From the NCBI RefSeq assembly GCF_018350175.1, contig NC_058369.1, forward strand, positions 15,130,001 to 15,194,000: 64,000 nt of DNA, given 5' to 3'. A model generated the notes under the pieces. That model was not told where the DNA came from. It did not search any database and saw only the letters and a list, made by a program, of their open reading frames with translations. Positions 36,879-49,899 of the stretch are shown here, piece after piece (position 1 is the stretch's first letter; the number at the start of each line of letters is the position of its first letter). This DNA is from Felis catus (lineage: Eukaryota). The position numbers were made by a program, and so were the translations under genes.

Positions 36879-38417
36879 GTGGCAGATCACTTTCAAAGAT
36901 GGACAGCACCGGTTGCCGCTGAGGGGTTCTGAAATCTCAACGTGTGGGAAAGGGGGCGATCCCCACACCCACAAGCAATTCCCCCGCACCCGCGAGGAGT
37001 CCCACAGTTCAAGTCTGGTCTGACACTATGTAGGCAGAGATTCCACAGGTGAGGGTTTGGTCCTCCCAGGCTGCCTCCCCTGCAGGTGCCGACAGAAAGT
37101 CCAGGTTGGAGTTTCCCACGGCCCCTTCCTGGCTCGACTTGGGTTAATTTGCTAGGGCAGCTCCCAGAACTCAGGAGACCCGTCTGCTCGCTAAATTACT
37201 GCCTTATTATAAAGGGCATTAAAGGATACGAATCAACAGGCAGATGAAGAGATCATCAGAGTGAGGTCCCAGACTAAGCGGTTTCTGCCCTTGTGGAGTT
37301 TGGGGCCCGGGAGGACAGCAAGTACAATCTTTCTGGTTCGCCGGCCTGGAAGCTCCCTAAACCCTGTCCTTTGGGGGGTTTTATGGAGGCTTCACTGCAT
37401 AGGCATGATTGATTACATCACTGGCTATTGATTCAGCCTCCGGCGTCTCTCCCCTCCCTGGAGGTGGGGGTGGGGGTGGGGGAGGGTGGGGGCTGAAAGT
37501 GTCAACCTTCTAATCCTGCCTTTGTTTCTCCTGGCAACCAGCCCCCATTCTTAGGTGCGGTCCTAAGGTCACCTCATTAATATAACAAAAGACACCTTTG
37601 TAGCTCTCAGCACTTAGGAAATTCCAAGAGTTTTTGGTCTCTGGGCCAGAAACAAGGACAAAGACCAAACCTATCTTTTTCTTTCTTTCTTCTTTCTTTT
37701 CTTTCTTTTAATGCTTATTTATTTTGAAACGGAGAGAGTGAACAGGGGAGGGGCAGAAAGAGAGAGAGGGAGAGAGAGAATCCTAAGCAGACTCCGTGCT
37801 GTCATCGCAGAGGTCCAAGCAGGGCTCAATCTCATGAACTGTGAGAACAGGACCTGAGCCGAAATCACGGGTTTGGATGCTTAACGGACTGAGCCGCCCC
37901 GGCGCCCCCCACATGTATATTTCTTATTATAAATCACAATATCGCATCTGCGCGCCCCATGCATACGTCCACCCTTTCCATCAAGCGCTAGGTTTATTTT
38001 CCCCTCCGCTTGACGCCGTGGAGAGGCTGGGACTTGCTTTGACCAAGGAAATGTGGCAGAAGTGACATTGTGCGGGCTCCAGGCCCCGTGTTTAGGAGGC
38101 TGCGTCATGCTGTAAAGACGCTCCAGATAGATGACTGAATGAGAAGCCACATGGGGAAGGACAAGCATGCAGAGGAGCCCGAGGTACCAGACTCCTTCAG
38201 AGTGAAGCCTTCTGGGACCTTCCTACCCCACCGAGCTACCATCTGGATGCGGGTGCGTGAGCGACCCCAGCTAGTGCAGAGCAGAAGAACAACAGACCGG
38301 CTTTGAACACTGCACATATTCACAGAATCCAGAGAATCATGAAAAGTCTACCCTCTTTGTGGTTGTAAGCCATGATGCTTTGGGGGAGTTTATCATCCAG
38401 CAGTACGTAACTGAACG
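36879..38417. mobile_element. MLT1-like LTR split by a MER21-like LTR (~36915-37947), itself carrying a - SINE (~37705-37910)
   Basis: MLT1 start tgtggcagatcactttcaaagatgg resumes at ~37950 (ttgctttgaccaaggaaatgtggcagaagtgac). MER21-like end tatatttcttattataaatcacaatatcgca. Confidence 0.7.
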
Positions 38418-38419
38418 TT

Positions 38420-41020
38420 TACTGTATGTTTTTGGCAGCTATATGTAAGGGGGTTCCCTTTTACCCCAATTTTCTAAAATGGATTTTTTTAAATAATTTT
38501 TTTAAGTTCATTTATTTCTTTTGAGAGAGAGAGAGAGCGGAGGAGGGGCAGAGAGAGAGGGAGACACGGAATCCAAAGCAGGGGCCAGGCTCTGAGCTGT
38601 CAGCACAGAGCCCGATGTGGGGCTTGAACCCACGAACTGTAAGATCATGACCTGAGCTGAAGTCAGATGGTTAACTGACTGAGCCACCCAGGCACTCCTA
38701 AAATAGATTTTTGATCATAAATAGGAGTTGAAATTTATTTAAACTTTTTTTTTTTTTCAACGTTTATTTATTTTTGGGACAGAGAGAGACAGAGCATGAA
38801 CGGGCGAGGGGCAGAGAGAGAGGGAGACACAGATTCGGAAACAGGCTCCAGGCTCTGAGCCATCTGCCCAGAGCCCGACTCGGGGCTCAAACTCCCGGAC
38901 CGCGAGATCGTGACCTGGCTGAAGTCGGACACTTAACCGACTGTGCCACCCAGGCGCCCCTCTGAAATTTATTTATTAAGTCACTTGTTTCTGCCTTTAT
39001 TGAAATGAGCATGTGATTCCTTTTCTCCTTTAGTCCAGTCGTCTTTCATTTGCTATGAATTTTTTTTTGTAGTTTTTTGGCAGAGGTCTCACACATCTTT
39101 CATTACATTTATTCCTAAATATTTTATGTGTTTTTGATACTATTATAAATGGTATCCTAAAATTATTTATTTTCCAGTTATTTGTGACAGCATATATAAG
39201 TACAATTTTTTTTAATGTCTATTTTTGAGAGAGAGAGAGAGAGAGGTGGGCGCATAAGCACAGGAGAGGCAGACAGAGGACCCGAGGTAGGGTCTATGCT
39301 GACAAGCAGAGAGACTGATGTGGGGCTCAAACTCACATATTGTGAGATGACCATCAGAGCCAAAGTTGGATGTTTTATCCTACTGAGCCACCCAGCCGCC
39401 TCCAAATAAAATTGATTCTTATATATTGACCTTGCATTCTGTGGCTTTGCTAAACTCACTTATACATTTTAGTAATTTTTCAAAGATCCCTCAGGATTTT
39501 CTATATACACAATCATATTGTTTACACCTAGAGGTGGATTTACTTCTTCCTGTCCAGTGTTTATGCCTTTTGACTTTTCTTGCTTTATTGAAGTTGCTCT
39601 GACTTCTAAAACAGTGGTGAATAGAACTGGTCAAAGTTAATATCCTTGCCTCGTTCTTGCTCCTAGGGGGGAAAGTATTTCTTTTTCATCACTAAATACC
39701 ATGTAAACTTTAGGTTTTGCATGGATGCCCGTTATCAAGTCGAGCAAGTTGCCTTCTAGTCATCATTTGCTGAAAGTCTTTATTATGAGTGGGTATTGAA
39801 TTTTGTCAAATAGTTTTTCTTCACTAATGAGCCGATCGCGTATTTCCTCTCTTTTATTCTGTTAATGGGGTGCATTACAATGTGACGGGTAGCTTCTAAG
39901 ATGGCCCCCAGAAGCCCCCTCCTCTTGGTACTCATGCCTTTGTGTAATTCCCTCTCCAAGACTGGGGCTTCTATCTTGGGTGACCTCTCTCACGTATCGC
40001 TCTGAGGAAAGCCAGCTGCCATATCGTGAGCCAACTGTGGAGATGTCCACACGGCATGGAACGGAGGGAGGCCTTAGGCCAATAACTGGAGAAGAACTGA
40101 GGGCTTGAGTCCAACAGCCCATAAGGAATGGAATCTTGCTAATAACCACATGGGTGATTTTGGAAGCAAATCCTTTCCCAGATCTTCAGATGAGACTACC
40201 ATCGTGGCGAATACCTTGACTGTAGCCTCGTCAGAGACCCCGTGCCAGAGAACCCGGTTAAAGAGCACCTGGATTCTGCACCCACAGACATAATGAGAAA
40301 ATAAAGGTTCATTGCCAAATTTGGGGGGTGATCTCTTTATGCAGCAGTAGATAACTAATATATGCATTGATTACTTCTTATTTTTTTGATTTTTTTTTCA
40401 ACGTTTATTTATTTTTGAGGGACAGAGACAGAGTATGAGCAGGGGAGGGACAGAGAGAGACGGAGACACAGAATCTGAAGCAGGCTCCAGGCTCTGAGCT
40501 GTCAGCACAGCGCCCGACGCGGGGCTCGAACTCATGAGCCATGAGATCACGACCTGAGCCGAAGTCGGATGCCTAACCGACGGAGCCACCCAGGTGCCCC
40601 TGCATTGATTTCTTTTTGAATGTGAAATGAATCTTGCATTCCTGGGCTAAATAAACTCCACCTGGCCGTGATATCTTTTCCTTTTATATTTTGTTGGATT
40701 TCATTTAGCAATATTTTGTTAAGGATTTTTGTGTCTAGGCTCATGAGGGATATTGGTCTGTATTTCTTTCATAAGGTCTTTGGTCAGCTTTTGATATTAG
40801 AACCACGTTAGCCTCGTGAAATGAAATCTCTCCTCCTCTATTTTTTGAAAGGCTTTATGTAAGGTTAATATTTCTTCCTTAAATGTTTGCTAGAATCCAC
40901 CAGTAAGCCTGCAGTTTTCTCCTAATAAGGCATTTTTTGCCCCTTTAATTACAAGTTCAATGACCTTATAGATAGAGGACTCTACAGATTCCATTTTTTT
41001 CTTAGGTTGTTTTTTCCCTT
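38420..41020 (-). mobile_element. Old L1 ORF2 fragments interrupted by SINEs (~38500-38697, 38744-38960, ~39205-39400, ~40380-40600) and an MLT1-like LTR (~39880-40365)
   Basis: Reverse L1 RT-region text; ORF track 40547-40744 gives MSLDTKILNKIL (L1 RT 'LMNIDAKILNKIL'). Confidence 0.8.
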
Positions 41021-41058
41021 CTCCAGCTTTAAAGATCGAAAGCAAAAATATACGGGCT

Positions 41059-41962
41059 AGGGGCACCTGGGCGGCTCAGTCGGTTAACATCCGACTTCGG
41101 CTCAGGCCACGATCTCACAGCTCGAAGTCTCATGAGTTCGAGCCCCACGTCAGGCTCTGTGCCGACAGCTCGGAGCCTGGCGCCTGCTTCGGATTCTGTG
41201 TCTCCCTCTCTCTCTGCTCCTCCCCCACTCGCCCTCTATCTCTCTCTCTCTCCCAAAAATAAATACACATTAAAAAAATAAAAAATACATGGGCCGATTA
41301 TCAACAGAAAAGGAACCATGGCATCGTAAGAATTCCGAAAGCAGCTGTGGCACCACGGGACTACACAACGTAAAAGGAGTATGTTGGGTGGAAATGCATT
41401 CGTAGAGAGGAGTTCAAGAGACCAAGATGGCGGGAGAGGGTAGCCTGGAGGAGAGAGTTCTGTTGGAGCAGAAGAGTGAGAAAGTTGCAGGAGTTTTAGG
41501 GTACTAGAGAGTGGAGAGCAGAGACTTTGATGAGGTGTCAGGGCCTACGTTGGATTCTCTGGTATCTGTGAGAGAAACATCATTAAAATTAGACTTCGTG
41601 TCTGTACCAAGCTGACGTTTGCTGGCCCTTTGGGACACCACCGCGAATGCTTGGGACATAGGGCAGGCGGGATGAATGCTTTGTGAGCATTACAAGTCCT
41701 TTGCTCTCTTTAACTTCCTGAACTTCGTTAGAATAACTTGTTCTCCAGGGGCGCCTGGGTGGCGCAGTCGGTTGAGCGTCCGACTTCAGCCAGGTCACGA
41801 TCTCGCGGTCCGGGAGTTCGAGCCCTGCGTCAGGCTCTGGGCTGGTGGCTCGGAGCCTGGAGCCTGCGATTCTGTGTCTCCCTCTCTCTCTGCCCCTCCC
41901 CCGTTCATGCTCTGTCTCTCTCTGTCCCAAAAATAAATAAAAACGTTGGAAAAAAAAAAAAG
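41059..41962 (+). mobile_element. Two CAN-SINEs (41059-41285; 41747-41962)
   Basis: TSDs aaaaata(t/c)a(c/t)gggc and agaataacttgttctcc. The middle interval is not SINE. Confidence 0.9.
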
Positions 41963-43639
41963 AATAACTTGTTCTCCTCTGAACTTCTTTAAAATAACCT
42001 ACATACTTTGCTCCCCTTGCTTCATAATATATTGCTCCAAAGCTTGGTGACACGCAAGAAGCACTTATAATTATGCTCATGGGGTCTCTGGGTCAGGAAT
42101 TTGAACAGGATGTAGTAAGGGCAATGGCCTCTGCTCCATTGGTCTCAAAGTCTCAGTTCTCTCCAGCACCCCCTTTTCCTCTGCCCTCTGTGCCTTCCAG
42201 GCTCAGTCGGTTGAAAGTCTTTTAACTTCTTGAACACACTCTGCACTTCTCTTGCCGAGGTCCTTCCTCCACACACGTGCTTCCCAGCCCCGAATGTTCT
42301 TCTCATAGCTCCTTGGCTGATCAGTTCCCACTTTCTTTCGGGGGCTGCTTAGATGGGGTCCTCCCTGACCTTCTGCACCTGTTCTGTGTGCCCATCCTCT
42401 GGGCTCCCGTCGTTCTCTGTACTTCTCCATCAGAGAACACATCACGTGTAACTTCCTGAGTCTAATGTCTGACTCCCCAACCAGGGTGCCAGCTCCGTGA
42501 AGCCAGAGATGGCCTCTGTCTGTTCAAGTGCTGTCCCCAGCACCTGGCACAGGGCTCAGTTATCTGTTGAATGCTTAATCGGCAAGGCGGGCATTGTTAC
42601 CTCCATTTTACAGAGGTGAACATTGGGTGGAAGAGAGCAAGAGCCAGCCCAAGTCACGGCCAGGTTCTTGACAAAGCTGAGTCTAAGCCACGCCCTGTCA
42701 CACCCAACCTCACGCATCCTAGAAACAGATCAACAAGCAGGTTTGTGGAGACCCGCCCACAGCTTGGGGGCTTGGTACTCTGCCAGCTGTGTCCATCGTC
42801 TTTCCAGCCTGGACGTGCCAGGCAGCTGGGGCCAACGTAGGGAGAAGCCCTGGTTATTAACTTACTTTTATTCATTTGCCCATGAACCACCCAGCAGGAG
42901 ATTGTGCCATGAACTTGACCTGGTAAACGCGCCAGAGAGATGCAAGTTCTATTCCCATGATTAAGGCTCCTTTACAACTAAGATATTGGTTGTAATTAGG
43001 AAATAATGCCTAGGGAGGGTGTTGGGAAAAGTGACAGGATGTAGAGACAATAGGCTTTTGTGAGAAGAGGAGAGGGTGGCAATTCTGTCTGCTCACCGTT
43101 GCCAGCATTCTTTTTTCCCCACAGAGAGCAGGGACAAATTGCTTTCTTTTTCTTTTTTTTTTTCAGTTTGGAAGAAAGTACCCACAAAGTACTTAAATCA
43201 GGGGTGACACAAGCCTGACAGCCAGACAACTGGGTCACCCTGTCTCTTTAGCAGCTGCCACTCATGGGTGTTGAATCAATACCATTGAACCCCCGGACTT
43301 CCCAGACTGGACACGTCCAGATGCCCAGCTCTGAGACAGGGGATGCTGGGAGGGGGGGTGGGCAGGGCTGGACCAGCCACGGCTGGACCTGTGAGACGGT
43401 AACCAAGCCATAGGGCACCCAGGGCCATGTGGCAGGATTCAAAACGGCAGCCCCTCAAGGCAGAGTAAGAGCAAGGTCCTGAGACAGAGAGCTCAGTGGG
43501 CAGATAAATAGGAAGAAAAAAAGCACTAGGTTACTAGAGGTGAGAAATCCAGATGGGCATGGGAATTTCTGAATTCCATGGCAACCAAACAACGAACGAT
43601 CCTCGATACAGAAGCCAGATAGATCCTAGCCCACAGAGG

Positions 43640-44440
43640 AGCTTCCCATACACTTCCTTTTAAGGATGAAACCGTTTTAATACTTCGTAAATGACACACA
43701 GGAGCCCTTAACAAACGAAGCTGTACAAGTGGCCATTAAGCATATGAAACGGGTCTCAAGTTTTTGAGTCATCAGGGAAATGGAACTGAAGCCACCCAGA
43801 GAAACCATTTCATGCCACCGGCTGGCTCACCTCAGAATGGTACCACTTGCTGGGGGGGGGAAGGCAAAATGGTAGAACCACTTTGGAAAATGGTTCGACA
43901 GGTTCTTATAAAGGTAAACGTATCTACAACTAGATCCGACGGTTCCATTCTCAGACATTTACCAATCCCCCCCCCACAAAAGAAAACATGTCCACAAAAC
44001 GATCTGCGTATGAATGTTTGTAAACAACTTTATTTATAAAGCCCCAGTCTGAAAACAACTCAAATGTCCATCAACATGAGACTCTATAGAGAAAGAAATT
44101 TTCCGTGTCATGAAATACATTCAGCAAGTTACAAGAGACAACTAATGGTGTATGCGACAGGGAGAATGAACCTCCCAGGCGTTACGCTAAGCAAAAGAAT
44201 CCACGGTCGTCACTGTGTAATTCAAGGACAGTCCAAAACTAATCTGTGGGGGTGGAAATCGACATGTGGCTGGGGGTGGAGAAAGTTACTCGGGGGACAT
44301 GAGGGAACTTGCCGGGCTGATGAAAATGTTCCGTATCTTGTTTTGGGTGCCGGTTCCAAGAGTATAGACAACTGTCAAAATCTATGGAGCCGAACACCTA
44401 AGATCATTGCACCTTGCTGTGTGCCGATTACATCTCAGTT
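43640..44440 (+). mobile_element. Old L1 (L1M) 3' fragment
   Basis: ggcaaaatggtagaaccactttggaaaa; aaaacaactcaaatgtccatcaac; gctgatgaaaatgttccgtatcttg. Confidence 0.8.
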
Positions 44441-44809
44441 AAAACAAAGTCATCCGCAAATTGGAGTCTCCAGGTCGAGGATGACAGATACAGAGCCTAC
44501 CTACTGCTATTTCTGCTTCTGCTCCCATGGCAGACATTATTAATCGATTTCAGCATTCTGTGCCTGGGAAGTCAGTGGCGCTTCAACATACGTCACGGCG
44601 TGGCTGTGCGAGCGCCACCATCAGTCCACCCACCTGGTAGGAGCCAAAGCCAAGGGAACGATATTGCTGCTCCTGTGACCCTTGACTTGTTTCTCTGGTT
44701 TGGGGACGCTTGGGGACATGAAAAAAAATTTTTTTTTTGAATAAAAATGTAAATCCCATTACAGAGAAGGGTTACAGTAGTTCATATCCCACTTTCCTAC
44801 TCCCACTGC

Positions 44810-44847
44810 TACTCCACTTGATCTTAGCCAGAAGGCCGAGAAGTGAT
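44810..44847 (-). pseudogene. 3'-truncated U2 snRNA retrocopy (U2 nt 1-38)
   Basis: Minus strand ATCACTTCTCGGCCTTCTGGCTAAGATCAAGTGGAGTA vs recalled U2 ATCGCTTCTCGGCCTTTTGGCTAAGATCAAGTGTAGTA (35/38). TSD tactccca(c)(t/c)gcta at 44798-44811 and 44848-44861. Confidence 0.92.
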
Positions 44848-46013
44848 TACTCCCACCGCTAGGGCCATGGGATGTATTTCCTTCTCTTCTGTTGTCCCAG
44901 GTACAAATCTAACATACCAGTGTGGATCCTGTTTCTCACTCTTCCGCGCATTTTTCTCGGTTACTAACGGCTTTTCATCGCTTCCTATTTTTTTAAATGG
45001 TGGCCTCGTTCTCTGAGGTGCTGCACTGTCATTTGCTGACCCTTTCCTACGGTAGCAACCACCCCTCTTCCCTTTTCATTGGTATGTTTTTGGGGGTAGG
45101 TTTTGGGTTATGGGCTATAGTAAACCTTCACCGAGTGCCTGCTATGTGTATCTTTATAACCACTGTTTGGGACAGGCACTAACTATGCTTTACAGATAGG
45201 GAAACTGAGGCACAGGGACATCAGGGTCACACAAGGCTACATCACCAGTATGTGGCGGAGTTTGGACTGAACGAGGTACCTACCTACTCTTTGAGAGTAG
45301 CAAGCAGGAAAGCCAATGCACTCCTCTCTGGAGAGCAGGGGGCCGCGGGGGGTGGGAGGGTGGGTTTGTCTGGAGGAAGCTGCTTCTCTTGGCCTACTGT
45401 CACCAGCCAGAGCAGCCCGTGGCCCCCTATCTGCTCCCAGCTGGCCCTCCTCAGCACCCAGAGGATGGCTTGATTTGTTATCGGGACGCATTCTATGCGA
45501 ATTCACTCCAATGATTCCTATGGGCCACTGGGTGGCTCGAGGTTAACTCAACAATCCAGAAGCTTCCATCAAAGAAGTAGATGCCAGGAACATCCTGCCC
45601 TCAACGTCTTCCAGTCCATGGTTCTCCTCTGCTCAAGTCTTAGGGACAGAACTGTGGATGCTGTAAAGTATTATTTAATTATTGGGAGAGATTCAGGCTT
45701 GTTTTTTTGTTTGTTTGTTTTTAACTAAGCCTGGGCATTGGTTGCTCATGGGTTCTCTTGTGGCCTCTTTCTTAGCAAAGAAAGCACTGTGAGTAGCCGG
45801 GTGGCTTATTCTGAGCCCTTCTCACCATATATGAAATGGGCTAATAGTGCCCATCTCATGTGCCTGGCATACGGGGAAATGACTTAGCCTATGCTAAGCC
45901 CTGAGCTGGTAACTGGCCATTTCCTTGTTCTGCCCAGAGGAAAGGGCTGCTGCCCGACAAGCAGGCTCTTTTGTTTTCAGCAAAACTTCAACTCTTCCAT
46001 CAAAATGCTTGCT

Positions 46014-46215
46014 GGGGCACCTGGGTGGCTCAGTCGGTTGAGCATCCGACTTTGGCTCAGGTCGTGATCTCACAGTGGTTTGTAGGCTCGAGCTCCGCGT
46101 CGGGCTCTGTGCTCAGAGCCTGGAGCCTGCTTCAGATTCTGTGTGTGTGTGTCTCTCTCTCTCTGCCCCTCTCCCTGCTTGCATGCGCACGCTCTCTCTC
46201 TCTAAAATAAACAAA
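46014..46215 (+). mobile_element. CAN-SINE
   Basis: TSD aaaatgcttgctg. Confidence 0.92.
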
Positions 46216-46479
46216 CAGTAAAGAAAATGCTTGCTGATTACAGCTTCTAGATCACCTTTCCAGTTAGCAGTGGAAGATACTGGCCCACCAGACGCTTACA
46301 GTCAAACAATTTTCAGGGTATGGTGGAATTATTTAGGGGTATTTGCCCTACCTCTCCCCCTTCTCTAAAACCTGCCCCCAGCTCTCCTCCCGTGGGCTGG
46401 GCACCATGGACTCAGGTGTCCACACTCTGCCCCTGTCCCCTCTGGCCAGGGCGGCTGGGCCACAAGGGTTACCCATATA

Positions 46480-46830
46480 ACCAAACGCCGTGACATCTAG
46501 TGGCTTAAACGACGATTTCTTATCACTCACTAGTCTGTGGGTTGAATCGGGCTCAGCTGAGCAGTTCCTACTTAGAGTCTCTCAAACCATTGCTGTCAGA
46601 TGGTGACTGGGGTCTTCAAGATGGCTCATGCTCACGGCTGGTGGTTGGTTCAGGCTGCTGGCTGGGAGCTCGGCTGTGGCTGTCAACCTGCGCGCCCACA
46701 CATGGCCTCTCCACGTGACTCGGGGGCTTCTCGTGGGTCGGGAGCCAGGTTCTGGGGGCAACTGTCTCCGAGGTAAACTTTCCAAGAGACTCAGTCATGG
46801 ATGCTTCAAGGCTTCTTCCTCTGATCTAAG
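46480..46830 (-). mobile_element. MLT1-like MaLR LTR
   Basis: tagtggcttaaacgacgatttcttatcactcactagtctgtgggt...caagatggctcatgctcacggctgg...catggcctctccacgtg. Confidence 0.7.
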
Positions 46831-49306
46831 GGGATGTACACTGAGAGGCATGGCCATTGGTGGCAGGAGGGACATTTTGGGGAAACCAGCTACCTCATTT
46901 AAAGGTTCAATATTCCCCAATGACATTGTCATAAATGGTTCTCTGTGCCTGATAATGTACCACCTACTTACCTGTTTTCTCATTTCATCCTTATAACGAT
47001 CTTTGGAACTCCCACTTTCGAGATGAAGAAAGCAGTCACAGACAGGTTAAGTAACCTGGCCAGGGTCCCTTTAACTCCCCGGCCAGTTCTCGCTGCCTCG
47101 TGCTTTGTAAGAACCAGAGTGCTACCTGTTGAAACCCTGCCCGCGTCCCTAGCATGAGGCCGGGTCCCCGGAGGAGGCTACGCGTGAAACCCAGGTCTCT
47201 GAGAGCTCACCGAAAGAAAGGATTGCTTTGGGTCCACCTCCCCGGCGTGATTCACAGGACTTGAGAAATGCAAACACCTTCTCACTTACTGACGGTGCGC
47301 AAGACGGGCGAAATTCTCTCCTCCAGCAACCAGCTTCGAGAAGGGAAGGGTGAGACCAGAGCACCCGGGAGCAGCTCCCCGGCGCCCCCCCCCCCCCCCC
47401 CGCAGCCGAAGGCGGTCGGCGTCCACGCTTTGCTGGCGGGCAGCGTGTTTGAGACTGTGCGGTCACAGAGTGGGATCTCGACAGCGGAGCAGGCCCGGAA
47501 TTCATCTTTTCCACCATCAGCACGTAGATCGATTCCAGCCCATCTGAGCATGCGGCTGCCCACACCGAAACAGCATCAAGCACCCCTAAACATCCCCTTC
47601 ACGGGGGGAGCTCGTGAGAACCAATTGCCATGACAAAAGTCCTCCCTCCCCCCACCCCCCCCAGGATCTTCCTCTCCCAGGGCAGCGTGGAGGGAGTTTT
47701 CCCTGGCCTGCTGGTCATCCAGCCCTGCCTCGGTGGGGGAGGGAATCCTGGGGCCCGCCAGCTGCCTCTTTTAGTCACTCCCCTCACAGCTGCTGTTCCG
47801 CCCAGCACTTTACAGTTTATAAAGCCCCTTTCGCCTACTCCCCCCTCCCGTGACACTCTCCAGAGACCCTGGGGGGCGGGCATTATTTTTATTTTACGGG
47901 AAAGGAAAAGCAAGTGGGAAGAGGAAGGGTACGTGGCTCGAGGAAATGTAATGAGTAAAGGTCAAAGCTAGGACCTGAATGATGGTCTTCAGACCCCCGG
48001 ATGCCAGCCCTTTCTGCTGGCATTAGGTCGCAGATGGACCTAATGAGCTCACCCGGCTTCTCCAGACTTGCGGGAGAGTGGTCTGAGCGAGGCGGGCAGC
48101 GGGCGGGTTTACGCTGGATTTTCTCTGGGCCTTCGGCCTGGTTATCAAACCAGGTTACCAGTCTTCCCAAACACCCACAGAGCCGACCAGGCAGAAACGT
48201 GGACAAGAGGTCAGGGCGGCAGCCTATTTCCAGCCACAAGTTCTGTTCTGCAGAGTCCCCTGCATCTGACAGCCGCAGAGACATTGCCTTAGACAGGGGT
48301 TTACTGGAGGCCATGAGGGGGCAGGGGAATCAGGATGGGACAGGGAGGAAGCCGGGCAAACGTGAGGGTTCAGCTGAAGTCTTGTCTCAGTAGAACTTGG
48401 AGGCATGAATTTCTCCACCTTAAGGCCTTTGGCCTCTACACACGCATATTAGTCCCCGCTAGCTGTGGGCTGCCTCTGGGAGGGCAGAGCCTCCCGGGCT
48501 TTCCTGGGGGAGGTGGCTCCCCGGGTCGGAGATGACTCTCTGGAGAAGGGAACGGCTGTGAGCCATCAGGCGCCCCCCACTCACAGCGCTGGGGGACAGG
48601 TGCGCTGGCCAGGTAAGGGGCAGCTCGGTGGGACACCGGCTGCCTCTAACCGAGGCACCATTTCTCATCTGCCTTGAAAATCAAATTTGATCAAGGCATC
48701 TGAAGTCAAGCCCTTGGCTCCTAGCAAAGCATTATTTTCTATCTGCCCCAAGGGCAGGGGGAAGCCAGTTAATGGCGTCAACTCGTTTCTCTTTATCTGG
48801 CTTTGCATCTGATTTTCCGTGCATGGGGCCATCCCTACGACAGGGGAAGAAGTAAAAACATAAACCTAAGTGACTGCCCTACCCCCTTACCTGCTCAGCT
48901 GCCACTATCCACACCCCGTCTCTCAGGGCTGGTGCCCGAGATGGCTCACTTGGTCCACACTGCAGGTTGGCCTTGGCTGCCCCAGAGGTCTGCCCCGCAG
49001 CATGAGTCTTCCCCGTGACCAGGCTACACATCCACCCCTGGCCGTCACCACTGGGAAGCCCCTCTTTGCACTGCAGCCCCCGCCGACCCCGTCCATGGCA
49101 GAGCTGACAGCAGTGACCACAACCCACCTTGTATTAGGGTCCCCGGTGGAAGTTTGGGAGTGGGGAGGGCACACCGCCAAGCACTGTGCTAAGTAGACCG
49201 TGTACAAGAACACTCCTTTCGCAGAGCACACGTGTATCAGCCGAAATGGGTTTGGTCTTCAGCAACTTTCTGAGCTTCAAGTAGCTTAAAGAACAAGGGA
49301 GCATCA

Positions 49307-49476
49307 GGGGCGCCTGGGTGGCTCAGTGGGTTAAGCGTCCCCCTTCGGCTCAGGTCATGATCTCGCAGCTCATGAGTTCGAGCCCCGGGTAGGGCTCTGG
49401 GCCGACAGCTCAGAGCCTGAAACCTGCTTCAGATTCCGTGTCTCCCTCTTTCTCTGCCCCTCCCTGCTCACGTGCC

Positions 49477-49518
<42 letters not shown>

Positions 49519-49540
49519 GCATAAATAAACATTAAAAAAG
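49307..49540 (+). mobile_element. CAN-SINE
   Basis: Head ggggcgcctgggtggctcag, (CT)n, A-tail. Confidence 0.93.
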
Positions 49541-49760
49541 GAATAAGGAAGAATCATTCTCTATAGAACGAGAAATCTAGAGGTCAGGCAGTCAGTTCAA
49601 ACCGACGTCAGCCACTGCATCCGGTTCCTAAGCCATATTCCTTCCGGGTAATCCCTCTTCCTCCTCTGAGTCCCCTGAGAGTGCCATTCTGATCCTCCGT
49701 GACCCACGGAATAAGTGACAGGAACAGTAGCGGAATAGGTAAGGGGAAAAAGAAGTGAGA

Positions 49761-49848
49761 CACGCGCACGGAAGGAAACGTACACACACACGGAAGGAAA
49801 CGTACACACGCACGGAAGGAAACGTACACACGCACGGAAGGAAACGTG
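49761..49848. repeat. 22-bp tandem repeat x4 (CACACGCACGGAAGGAAACGTA)
   Basis: Units start at 49761, 49783, 49805 and 49827, each with 0-1 mismatch to the consensus; no spacers. Confidence 0.95.
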
Positions 49849-49899
49849 GGTGGCCGCTGCAGCCTTTGTTGTCGCCGACCACGTTCAGGCGCCTTCGTT

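Noticed and set aside
47150..48680. CpG-enriched patch with poly-C and several overlapping ORFs
   Set aside because: No coherent coding signal or splice structure; may be regulatory but there is no specific evidence.
49761..49848. CRISPR-like array
   Set aside because: Head-to-tail units without unique spacers, in mammalian DNA with no cas genes; it is a minisatellite.
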